In this document: positions 25,993-37,324 of the stretch, piece by piece
Position numbering within the stretch: the first letter of the stretch is position 1
Layout of the letters: each line of letters opens with the position of its first letter
Assembly: GCA_043228905.1 (NCBI GenBank)
Contig: JBHGNT010000012.1
Coordinates: 5,332,001-5,396,000, forward strand
Length of the DNA: 64,000 nucleotides
Direction: 5' to 3'
Source of the DNA: Azolla caroliniana
Taxonomy: Eukaryota; Plantae; Polypodiophyta
The notes under the pieces: generated by a model
What the model saw: the letters and a program-made list of their open reading frames with translations, nothing else
Databases searched by the model: none
Told to the model about the DNA's origin: nothing
Program-made: the position numbers and the translations under genes

Positions 25993-27308
25993 TGTTCCTA
26001 TCGTCTTGCCATTGGTGGGAGTTGCGTTCTCAGGTTGGTTGTCCCTGACACCCTCGGCCGAATCGACCTCTATTTCCTTGGCCAAATTCTCTTCTATCAT
26101 CCAACTAGGAGTAGAGCATCTGACCATCTAGTGCGTTGCTCCTTTGTCGGGCATGAGTTTCCTCCATCAGTAGTATAGATTGAAGGTCGAAAAAGGAAGG
26201 AGGGTTCTCCCTTGCGAGAATGGCCGATATGATCGTGTCGAATCAGGGTGCCAAGCCACTGAGGCATATTTGCACCATTTCGTCATCATCGATGATGACA
26301 TTTATTGACCCGAGGGCATCACATAGCTCATTGATCTTCAAGGTATAGTTGGTGATTGACATGTCCCTCTGTTGCATGTTATTCAACTATTGTCGGAGTT
26401 GGAGCTTTCCTGCAACCGTAATGGCCGTAGAAATCTTCTTGAGATTGCCCCAAGCTTCTTTCGGCATTTTCGCCTCTTGAATATAGCCCAGCATGTGATC
26501 ATGGACGCATGATGCAAGGCAATACAACACACGGCTTGCGGCTTGCTCCCAAGCTAGGTAGTCGACGTGTGTTGGGTTGGATTGTGTTTTGTAAGCTCCC
26601 TCTATATAGCTCTAGTAACCTTGTTCAACAAGGTATTGATGCATCTTGTACTCCCAAGATGCGAAGTTTGTTCTATCGAGCTTCTCTGTAGGAAAGGCGC
26701 TTCCCATCTGAGTGTTCATGATGTTGATTTCTTCTCTGTTACTTGAAACGATTTTATTGATAGTCAGTGTGCAACACAAATCAGTTGAATAATCTTGATA
26801 AAAAAACCACACGCTTTGATACCATGTAAAGAGAGAGAGAGACGTAGTTGGTGCTATGCAATGAAAGTGAACTTTGTGTGTGAGTGAGTGCATGTAAGGC
26901 AAAACAGACATAGAGGGAGAACTCATAACAAGAAGCTGTATTAGAAAAATATGATTACATCCAACAATAACTAAGTTACAAGGAGTTGCTTTAAATACCA
27001 ACTAGTCTAGGGCAAATGCCCTTTCTACTAATTACAAAACTAGCCTACTATGATGTCCACTGGCTAGTGTGAACACTATTTCTATGGGAAGTTGAGTTCG
27101 ATTCTCAACGATCATCATTGTACTATGAGATGCTCATCATCCTCCAACTCCATATTTTGGCACCCTGTGCAAACATAGTATTATTCATGTTTATTATATG
27201 GTATGCTCATCATCCACTTATTATGTTCATGGTGGTTTACTATTGGAAAAAAGTTTGACACGTTAGTGTTGCAAGGATACACATCGCTACACATTGGAAT
27301 TTTATTAC

Positions 27309-27345
27309 TGTAAAGAGATGGAGAGTGTAGGTGATCTTGTGCAGC

Positions 27346-27397
<52 letters not shown>

Positions 27398-27854
27398 CAG
27401 TTGGTAAGGTTGCCCAATGGAGACCAAGTGGTCATGTGTTCAACCCCTACATTCCACAATGGCATCTAGTGTATGCGAGAGAGAGAGAGAGAGCTCAGTT
27501 GGTAAGGTTTCCCAATGGAGACCAAGTGTTAATCGGTTCAACCCCTAAATTTGACAATGACATCTAATGAATTAAGAGTATATGAAGTATATAATAGAGA
27601 GGCGAGGAGATTGGGTTTTGAACCCATGATGCAGTGCTTGTAGTGTTAACAACTTACCACCAGGGTAAGGTACTTATGAGGAAAAGAGAGAGAGAGAGAT
27701 CCAATAATCATTTAGTTACAAAATGGTTGGTTTAAATACCAACTAACTTAGGGCAACTGCCCTTTCTACTTTTTACAACACTAGCTTGCACCTAGTGTGT
27801 CCATTGCTAGTGTGAAAGCCATTACATTGAGGAAGTTGGGTTTGATTCTCAACA
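27309..27854 (-). mobile_element. Solo LTR related to Copia F, expanded with (GA)n and tRNA-like units
   Basis: TGTAAAGAGA..GATTCTCAACA ends as in the F LTRs; TSD ATTAC (27304-27308, 27855-27859); 546 bp versus 273-286 bp for the F LTRs. Confidence 0.85.
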
Positions 27855-28436
27855 ATTACAATCATAACTTTAGGTTTCCTACTACCATTGGTTCTCTCTT
27901 TGTTTGACAATAAGGTATAACGTGGTAAAATGATCAAGATATAAGAGGATGATAAGAAATGAAGACTCCTCAACACTTCGTTTAATGTGAGGAGATGTCA
28001 TAATAAACACTTAACTAGTTGAGAGTGCAAAGATTAACTCAAGAGTTCTCTTTCTTCTATTGATGTTTGGCAATAGCTTTTACACAAATTATGTACCATT
28101 GGGTGGTTTGTATTTTTAATGTCTTTTCATCTACATTCCCATATCATCAAGTATACATGCTTCAACTTTTATTGCATCCATGATAGACACATCAATGTGT
28201 TTGTCCAACTTACGTTCTTGAAACTCTTGTGCTAGGCAACTATGTGAGGTTACCTAATTACATTATACTAGTTTGTTTTACATCTCTAGATATTTACATT
28301 TCAACATTTGCATGGAGTATAGATAAGACCTTGGCATGTGCATGGGACGAAATATTTGACCTAGACTAACTTGTAAAATAAGCATTTGCATTGCGTAATT
28401 CATGCAACAAGTAGCTTTGTGTTATCCCCTTACATG

Positions 28437-28886
28437 TAACAATTGGCAACGGTTCGGTTTGAACCAAACCGAACAATGAAACCGCGGCTTAACGGTTTAA
28501 ACGGTTTGGTTTGGTTTCAATAGTTAGAAACCATACTTTAAACGGTTTAATGGTTCTTTAGTTTTTTTTTAATTAAGAAAATAAAATAAAATAAAATCTT
28601 TTCGTTTTCAAGCCTTATTCTCACATTTGAGGAAAATCTTTAAAATTTTGAAAATTAAAATTTAAAATAATGAAATATTTTAATTTTTAAAAGTTTTAAT
28701 TTAAAATTTGAATTTTGACCTAAGTTGAAAACTGAAACCGAATCATGACTCCGCGGTTTTAACGATTTGATTTTTTTAAACGGTTCAGTTTAACGGTTTT
28801 GTGGTTCGGTTCGGTTCAAGTTTCAAAAAAATTTAACGGTTCAGTTTTGACACTCTTGAACCAAACCGAACCGTTGTCGATTGTTA
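28437..28886. mobile_element. hAT-type MITE
   Basis: TIRs of about 25 bp (taacaattggcaacggttcggtttg / caaaccgaaccgttgtcgattgtta), exact 8-bp TSD CTTACATG (28429-28436, 28887-28894), AT-rich core with AACGGTT repeats. Confidence 0.92.
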
Positions 28887-30661
28887 CTTACATGCTAAGT
28901 GGCAAAAGAAGTCAATTCAAGTAAGCCTTATGTACTTGGTTTTCCATCGACATGCAAGATTGAGATGGAGCTCATGCGTACACCCACCCCTAGGTGGAGG
29001 TACTTGAATTTTTGAATCCTCAAAGATGTAAAGTAGACTCTTTATTGAGTTGTATAGGTGTATGAGGGTGCTCTTGATCTTATATAATTTAACCATGCAA
29101 AACGAACTTGTGTTAGAGTTTTGTCTTTTGTTGACATGCTAGATCCTCTAAAGGGTCAAAAGGAGGGCAATTATAGATTCCCTATGACCAAATGTCATGA
29201 TGCTTTTGTGCCAAGATATGAAAACCAAGTAAATCACACATTTGTAAATAGATTTAGGAACAAGTTTGAAATCCTATGCTCAATATTATGAAACATTGTA
29301 ACTATCAATGGCAAGAAAAAAGGGATATATAAAGTATCGTGTGATAACAAGCATGAGCACCAAGTGATGGCATGTGCACACACTTTCTTAGCATGTGGCC
29401 ACCAATATAATATTGCATCTCCATTAAAATGAAGGAAAACCCAAAATTTTCTATTATTCATAAAGTGAAATTCACTAAAGTTCTAATTTTTTTTCCAAAG
29501 CTTCTCTTAAAGGAATCAAAACTCCAACCTTTGCTCCTGTTTTCTATTTAACTTTTCCATTCTTAATTATATCATCTCATATGTATACCCTAATACCTTT
29601 CATCATTTCCATTACTAATAAGTAATTATCACTCTTAATTCATCATCTCCAATCAAGCGTGAGATATCTCCATCATCATGTTTGGTGAGCCTAAAGTGAA
29701 AGTGCATACAGGTAGTCATTGAGGTTTCAAGAATTAACAATTTGAGTTCGTATTGATGTAACATGACTAGATTAGATGTTAAGAGGGGGCTAACTTACTT
29801 CTATTTGATCGATAGAACATTGAGATGTTACATCATGGGAACCTCAATTGAAAACAAGAACACTTGAGGAAGGCAATGCCAATTATATGAAAACAATCAA
29901 AGAGATCATAGTGTAAGTTCAACCTTGTTGTGGATATATGGTGGAACAAGGGTATGATGAATGCATGCATGTGATGACAATGATGTGGAACTCAAAGAGA
30001 TCTAAAGATGACAAAGGGGCTAGAAAATAAGAGGATATTGCTAAAGGGATAGAGACACATACAATATTATCAAAAGGAATGAGAGCAACAAGAGTACTAA
30101 AGTCATAGACAAGTGAATTAGTAGAGAGGGTTGGTTATATCCTTGACTAATATACAAAATGAAGAAGTGGGAGAGAAAATGTCATGATATCACAAAAATC
30201 CATATGTTTTGGGAGAACCTTTAACCCATGACCTTCATCTTACACTACCATAATGTATAATAACTTATTATGCTATATTTAATATGACACTCTTGAGCTA
30301 TGCATGACCTCAAAGTGGTGTACATACACTATAGTCAAGTGGTGACCGTGTATAGTGAGGAATAGAAATGGTAAGATAATCCTTGCACCTATTTGACAGC
30401 CCAACAACCCAAAAGAATTTGTCGAGAAGAATTCAATGGAATGAACTATGTTCAACTTGGACTCTCTTTGCTCAAGATATGAAAGAAACAAGTTTAGCTT
30501 GTCCAATCGGAGGGAACCTAAGGATGTTAATTGATGACTATGTCATTTTCTTCCTCTAGGATCAATGTCTCCATGACTCACAAATTAATTTCCTAAGATT
30601 TCCATGAAGTGGATAAGATAGTTCATCTTCAAATTTCTCCAATCGCTTGAGTATTGAAGAT

Positions 30662-31525
30662 TGTTGAGCGGGCAAGCTCAACCGGATCCGGATCGGAACG
30701 GTGTCCGGATATATCGGTATCCGGAACCTAGAGCCAGACCAGAGAACCGGATCGTACTCCGGAATAGTGAGAATTGGTAGGCCGTTGGAGCCTATGGTCC
30801 GAGCCTAGTACGTAGGCATATTCCTCGGAGTTAGTGTCAATCGCTCGTATGAGCATTGAAATACTTGTCAGTACATCTGTCAATCCTTTTAAGGACTTGT
30901 ATAAAAAGTGTTCTATAGGACATTTGTATGTACAAAGTGTTATTATTTTGAATTGAGTTTATGTTGTTCTGCTCTCTCTGTCTCTCCCACTCTCTGTCTC
31001 TCCCACTCTCTGTCTGTGTGATTCAAACTTCCATTAAACCTGTGTGTATTTTCTGTTGCTCTCCAGGTAAACCGGTTTGTCAAAGCTTCCACATATTAAC
31101 TTTGACATGGTACTAGAGCGCGAGGGTTGATAATCCTTTGTTGCCGACGAGTGATTCTCACAGAAAAACCCTAACCTCCAGTAAAGAACAAGAAGAAAGA
31201 TATGGACAGAAGCATGGCAAGCTCGCTTCCTACAAAAAAAGCTCGACCGGAGCAACTATGTATCCTGGTCATATAAAATGCACCAGTACCTGCTGGGGCA
31301 CGGATACTGGAACTACGTGGAAGGAGCAAATGTAGCAGCGCCAGATTTGGCACACAAGAACTTCCCGGCATGGGAGCAAGGAGCGAGCAAAGTGTTGTAT
31401 TGCTTCGCGTCCTGTGTGCACAACCAGATGCTCGGCTACATCAGAGATGCAAAGTCATCGAAGGAGGCCTCGGAAAATCTCCAGAAGATTTTCACCGCAA
31501 GCACCATGGCTCCAAAGTTGAAGCT
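30662..31525 (+). mobile_element. 5' fragment of Copia element H (LTR, PBS, gag start)
   Basis: LTR 30662-31107 (TGTTGAG..TTGACA), PBS TGGTACTAGAGC, and gag MDRSMASSL...MHQYLLGHGYW homologous to K; truncated by the LTR of I. Confidence 0.88.
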
Positions 31526-34500
31526 TGTCAAAGTTAATACGCGGAAGCTTTGACAAACCGGTTTATCCAAATAGCAACAGAAAACAAAGACAGAAAGAAG
31601 GAGAGATAGAGAGCAGAGCAATGAAAAGTCAACTCAAAATAATAACACTCTGTACATACAATGTGCTCAGTGATCACTTTTATACAAGTCCATGAAAGGA
31701 CTGACAGAAGTACTGACAAGTACTTCAATGCTCATACGAGCGACTGACACTGAATCCAAAAAAATACGCCTACGTACTAGGCTAGATTCGTAGGCCTCTA
31801 ATAGCTTACCGGTTACAATCCAGTCTGTGTCTCTGATCCGGCTCTTGGTTCTGGATACCAATCCGGACACCGATTTGGACATCGATCCGACTCTGGCTTA
31901 TTCAGCCGATCCAGATCCGGTTGAGCTTGTCTGCTCAACACTCCCCCTCAAGCTCAACTTGAGGTCGGATTGTGCTGTCAGTGTCTGTGGTAGCTGGTCC
32001 TCTTCTTCGGCTCCCCCTGGCGTCCTCCCACCTTGCTCACGCTCCTCGACCCGTCCGGTGTCGCTTCCCATGACCCGTCTGGTCCCGTGCTCCTCAACCT
32101 TCTTGGTTAGCTTGTCTGCTCAGAAGGCTCATCTCAGCTCCTTTGCTGTTACGACTCCAACACGTCTCGACTTGTCAGTTCCTCCGTGTCGGTGTCAACT
32201 TCTGTTGCCTCCTTGTCTGTTTGGTCTTCTGTTGATTCGGCTCCTCTGAATTGAACTCCTCTTCAGAATCAGCTACCTCTAATTCCTTCTAGCTCTTGTC
32301 TGAATTGGTTGTCTCCAATTTGTCCTCAATCTTTAGGCCCTTTACCACATCGGACCATGTCCGGGTTTTGACCTTCCGGTCGGTTCTGTCCTTCTTGACT
32401 CTACCTCTGTCACCGCTTGTTCCAACTTCTTGAGTCGGCTCGGCTTCCTTTTTCTTTTTGTCTCCCCCTGCTTAAGTTGTTTCCTTCTTTTCGACTCCTT
32501 GTCCGGTGCCTTTGCCTATTTTCCCGGTTTCTGTTCTGGTTTCCTCCTGCTTTCTCCCCCTCAAGTGCGGCATGTCGAGATGCCGAAGACCAAACATGTC
32601 CGAAAAATGCTGCAACTTGTCGGTTCTTAGGGCCTTGGTGAAGATGTTGGCAACCTGCCGATCCGTCCGGACACACTGGAGTTCTACTTCACTAGAGAGA
32701 ACGCAGTCACAAACAAAATGGTAATGCACCTCAATGTGCTTAGTCTGAGCGTGAAAGACTGGGTTCTTTGCCAACTAGATGTTGCTAAGGTTGTCACAAT
32801 AGATTGTTGTCAGATCAGACACCTCCACTCACAGATCCTTCAGGAGTCGCTTGAGCCATATGCCTTCACACATTGCGACAACCGCTTCTCGGTAGTCGGC
32901 CTCCATGCTCGACAATGCTACTATCGACGGCTTCTTGCTGCTCCAGGCAACCGCGGTGCTTCCAAGTGAAAATGCATATCCAGATCGGTCACCGGCATTT
33001 CCAGCCCAATTGGCATCCGTGTAGCCGACAAGTTGTCCGACTACACTGGTCTGATTCAGCAACCCCATGTCCTTAGTGCCGCTAACATACCTGAGTATTC
33101 GGTGCGTGCATTGAAGGTGCTCCACAGTTGGATGCGCCATGAATTGACTAATCAATCCGACAGGCTAACTGAGGTCCGACCGGGTGATGGTCAGATAGAT
33201 AAGGCTTCCGACTATCCATCAGAACCTTTTCGGGTCGCATGCCGTTCCGGAGTCGGGGCAAAGCTTCACATTCCGATTCAAAGGAGTCGAGACGGATTTG
33301 CACTCTGTCAAACCGAATTTGAAGATCATACTCAACACATAATGACGCTGACTGATCAGTATGCCTTCGGGGGTACGGATCACTTCGATCCCGAGGAAGT
33401 AGTGAAGATCTCCTAGATCCTTCATCTCAAATGATGCCGCAAGCTTCAATTTCATGCGGCTGATTTTGTCCAGGTCTGCACCGACGATGACAAGATCATC
33501 CACATAGAGCAATATGCTCACCGGTCCATTCCGAGCTTGCCGGATGAAATGTGAAGAGTTCGATTTCAACAGAGCAAAGCCCATCCAACGCATTCTTTGC
33601 GTGATCTTCGCGTTCCAGCCGCGCGGGGCGTGCTTAAGTCTGTAGAGGGACTTCTTCAATCGGCATACTACCAATGTATTCATTCCGGACTGAAATCCAG
33701 GGGTTGAACCATATACACCTGCTCCTGAAGATCACCTTGTAGGAACACATTCTTTACATCCATTTGATGTAGATGCCAACCCTTCGATGTTGCCACCGCA
33801 AGCAAGACACGGACAGTCGTCATCTTCATGACCTGCGCGAATGCCTCATCATAATCGATGTTGTACTGCTGCACGTAGCCTTTGGCTACTAACCGGGGCC
33901 TTGTACCTGTTGACGGAGCCGTCGGTGTTGTATTTAACCTTGTATACCCATCGGCAACCGATCGAATTCACTCCTTTCGATACATCCACTAAATCCCACA
34001 TCTCATTTTCCGTGAGTGCGTGCATCTCTTCCTCCATAGTGGGACACCAATTTGCGTCCTTTGCCACTTTTGCTTAGCTCTCCGGCTCACACACTGCCAT
34101 CACTCTCATCACGTATGCATAATGATGCGCCATATACTCATTATAACCATATCGTTTGACGAGGTTCTTTTGGAGGGTGGATCGATGTAACTTCTCGTAG
34201 GTTGGAAGTCCAATGAAGACTCCCTTTGATTGCATTGCTCAAAGCCGTTGGAGGTTGATGTGGCTGATTCTATTGTGCCAAAACTCGATGTTCGTCTCGG
34301 TTTTGAGACCTTTGGCATACATGGCCGATTTCACCTCGTTCGAATTGAGAATGAGTATTCAACCTTCTCTCTGTCCCCTAGCTATGAGTCGACCATCTTT
34401 TTCTATAAAGCATCCTTCGTTGTTGAAAAGAACTTGCATGCCTTGCTCAACGATTTGGCCGACCGAGACCAAATTCTTTGTTATTGTCGGTACATGCAAG

Positions 34501-35136
34501 AAATTTTTTATGCAATTTTGTTCGCCTTCTTTCTCGAATGGAACATTTCCGATATGCCGAATAGGATGTGTGATGTCATCTCCCGTCTCTATGTAGCCAG
34601 GTTGATCTGGCGTTCTTAAGTCACGGAATCACTCTTGGTGTGACGCCATATGATGTGAGGCGCCAGAGTCGACGAACCACACATCTTCCAAGTTGGAGGT
34701 GCTTGTGGAGACGGAGGCCATCATAGAGTTCACTCTATGTCTCATTATGAATAGCTCACCATAGTTGCCGTATTTAGAGTTGGTGGCGTAGTTTGTGAGT
34801 TGACTCTCTTCTTCTCTTTCAACACTCCTCTTTGTAGTGGCCGACTGTCATGATATGGCAAGACTCGAACCCATGACCTTATGCTACATGGGTCGAGCTC
34901 TTGACCATTATACTATACATTGTAATACGTAGAATATTATTTTCATTTATGTTTTATTATACAAAATTGATGTATATTCCAGATTTCTCTGGAACATTCT
35001 AGAAACTTCAAGAGTATTCCTTAGAACACTATAAAAGGAGGCACGAGGCATTATTTCGAACCAAATCGGTTCAACGCCAGTCTTAAGCCTCCTAGCTACT
35101 ACTGTACATTCTCTTCACATAATATATATATTTTCT

Positions 35137-35183
<47 letters not shown>

Positions 35184-35617
35184 CCTCCCTCTCACTCACT
35201 CTTTCCTTCTCTCGAGAGTTCTTCACCTCTCTTAGTACTAATACTTCGTTTAGTACTAATTCCTTCTCTGTCTTAGTACTGTTCCTAACACCAACCTTCC
35301 CACAAAAGTTGCAAGCAATGGGCCATGTTTGCCGACCTTGTTCGGCATGGAAGCTCCCCCTTCTTTCGAAGGTTCCTCGATGGCGTCCATCTTCTTGTTG
35401 AAGGTTTGAGTTTCCTTCGTGAGATGGGCCGAATCGACCTGTTCTACTGCCTCGACCTCGTCCTCGGCCACCATCCGAATTCAGGAAGAACTCTGTCAGT
35501 TCGACGTCCTGGTCTTGGTTCGAACATGGTTCTCTTCAACCAATAGCATTGATTGAAGGTCGAAGAATGAAGGAGGGTTTTCTCTTGCTAAGATAGCCAT
35601 CCTTATCGGGTCAAACA
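31526..35617 (-). mobile_element. Copia element I: 3' LTR, RNase H, RT, protease and gag C-terminus; integrase core deleted
   Basis: LTR 31526-31940 is an inverted homologue of the H LTR; PPT ctccccctc at 31941; YVDDL; AKNPVFHAQTKHIEVHYHF; WFVDSGASH. Confidence 0.88.
34846..35290 (+). mobile_element. Solo LTR of chromovirus family G inserted in Copia I
   Basis: Homologous to 45227-45657; TSD CCGAC/CCAAC (one mismatch); (CT)n tract. Confidence 0.9.
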
Positions 35618-35807
35618 TGACCTTCATTTCGAATGCATCTGATAGCTGGGACTTCAGTGGGCTGACTTCAGCAAGTCCGGGTCCAGTGATGACTAGATCA
35701 TCCAAATATAGCAAGATACATACCGGACTTTCCGAACCTTTCCAGATGAACAGAGAAGAGTCGGACTTCGAAGCCGCAAACCCCATCTTCCGCAACCGAT
35801 GCGTATC
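35618..35807 (-). mobile_element. Copia element J, RT segment left of the hAT insertion
   Basis: [19 protein letters not shown]...LYLDDL continues the RT that ends at 62290 (KQAPCAWNSKIT). Confidence 0.85.
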
Positions 35808-36235
35808 CATTGTTGTTAAAAAAAGCGTATTTTATAGATAGAGTATGTTTTAGAATACCCACATGTATTCTAAACGTATTCAACCTTTTGGAACTGTCAT
35901 TTTTTCCAAGGCTAAATTTGTAAATAATTTAAAAATTAATTTTCTAGGGTATTTTTTACTAGAGAAAAAGAAAATAATTGGGGGTTTTTGTAACGATTTT
36001 GTACATTTTGTAGACACTAGGTTTTTCAGTAGGATATGGAAGCTATCTACTAGAAATCCAAACTCTGAAGCTTCCAACAACCTAGGTTTTTACGCAGGTA
36101 TTATGGTATATGAACCAATATTGCTTCTTGATTATATTATATTATTATACAGAACACAGTAAACTCCAGCTTTCAATTTTAGTGTTAATTAATCTTACAC
36201 ACATAGAGAGCATAAAACAAAGTTTTATTTTTGGC

Positions 36236-36910
36236 CTAATTTGACCAAAATTTCATAAAATTTGAAAGCAATTTTGATCATAAATAAACTATATACAGTA
36301 GATACATTTTTAATCCTTGATGACCATTCATATTGACATGGAATAGACATCAAATCAAGCTTAATCTAGGCCTTTTAATGCCTGGTTAATTCAATCATAA
36401 CCAGCCATTAAAAGGCCTCCCGATTTGGAGAAGAAAGAAGAGGGAGATGAGGAATGCCTCATCATTGGAGAATGTCTTCTGTGTGAGATGGAGAGGCATA
36501 GAGCGGAGGGATGGGGTCCGGGGAAGAGCTAAAGCTCAGCTCTCGATAACAAGCGGCCATTATCTCATTTATATTGACTAGAGCTAATTTGACTAGAATT
36601 TCATAAAATTTCAAAGCAATTTTAATTATAAATAGACTATATACAATAGATACATTTTCAATCCTTGATGACCATTCATATTGACATGGAATGGACATCA
36701 AATTGAGCTTAATCTAGGCCTTTTAATGGCTAGTTAATTCAATCATAACCAGCCATTAAAAGGCCTGCCGATTTGGAGAAGAAAGAAGAGGGAGATGAGG
36801 AATGCCTCATCATTGGAGAATGTCTTCTGTGTGAGATGGAGAGGCGTAGAGCGGAGGGATGGGGAAGAGCTAAAGCTCAGCTCTCGACAACAAGCGGCCA
36901 TTATCTCATT
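36236..36910. repeat. Diverged tandem duplication of about 345 bp in the hAT 5' region
   Basis: ctaatttgac..aaatttcataaaattt...gcggccattatctcatt occurs at ~36236-36570 and ~36584-36910. Confidence 0.9.
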
Positions 36911-37324
36911 CTTTATCTTGTGCCTTCCCTTGGCCATGCAGGAAAGAAAGGAAGAGAAGAAGTGAGCATTTACAATACAATACAAACACACACACACACA
37001 CACACACATGTACACACACATGTATATGTATGTATTGTATTGTATTGTATTTGTATTGTATGTGTGTGTGTGCGTGTTTGTATTGTATTGTATACATGTA
37101 TGATTCGTGATGCATACAATTGTGACACTCTTTACATCTATTTCCTAGTCATGATATCTCACTAAATTGTCACTATCACTCTTGAGATTTTGGAACAAGT
37201 ATTTTGGAATTTTTCCTATTGCATTCATCAAAACACAGATTCCATCAACTTATATGCATAATAGACTATAGTATAATACAACATGTTACATATATGGTTT
37301 GGGTTTATGTGTGTCTATCCCTTC

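Larger units (their letters stand above)
21420..27110 (-). mobile_element. Ty1/Copia element F (gag related to B), degenerate
   Basis: LTRs 21420-21692 and 26825-27110, TSD ATCAT (21415-21419, 27111-27115), PBS TGGTATCAAAGC. gag MNTQMGSAFPTEKLDRTNFASWEYK, protease WFVDSEASNH, RT YVDDL, RNase H. Confidence 0.93.

Noticed and set aside
27393-27670. tRNA gene cluster
   Set aside because: No cloverleaf; the units are embedded in a solo LTR and (GA)n.
28900-30660. AT-rich, CpG-depleted stretch, possibly an ancient TE
   Set aside because: No motifs or termini that I can support.
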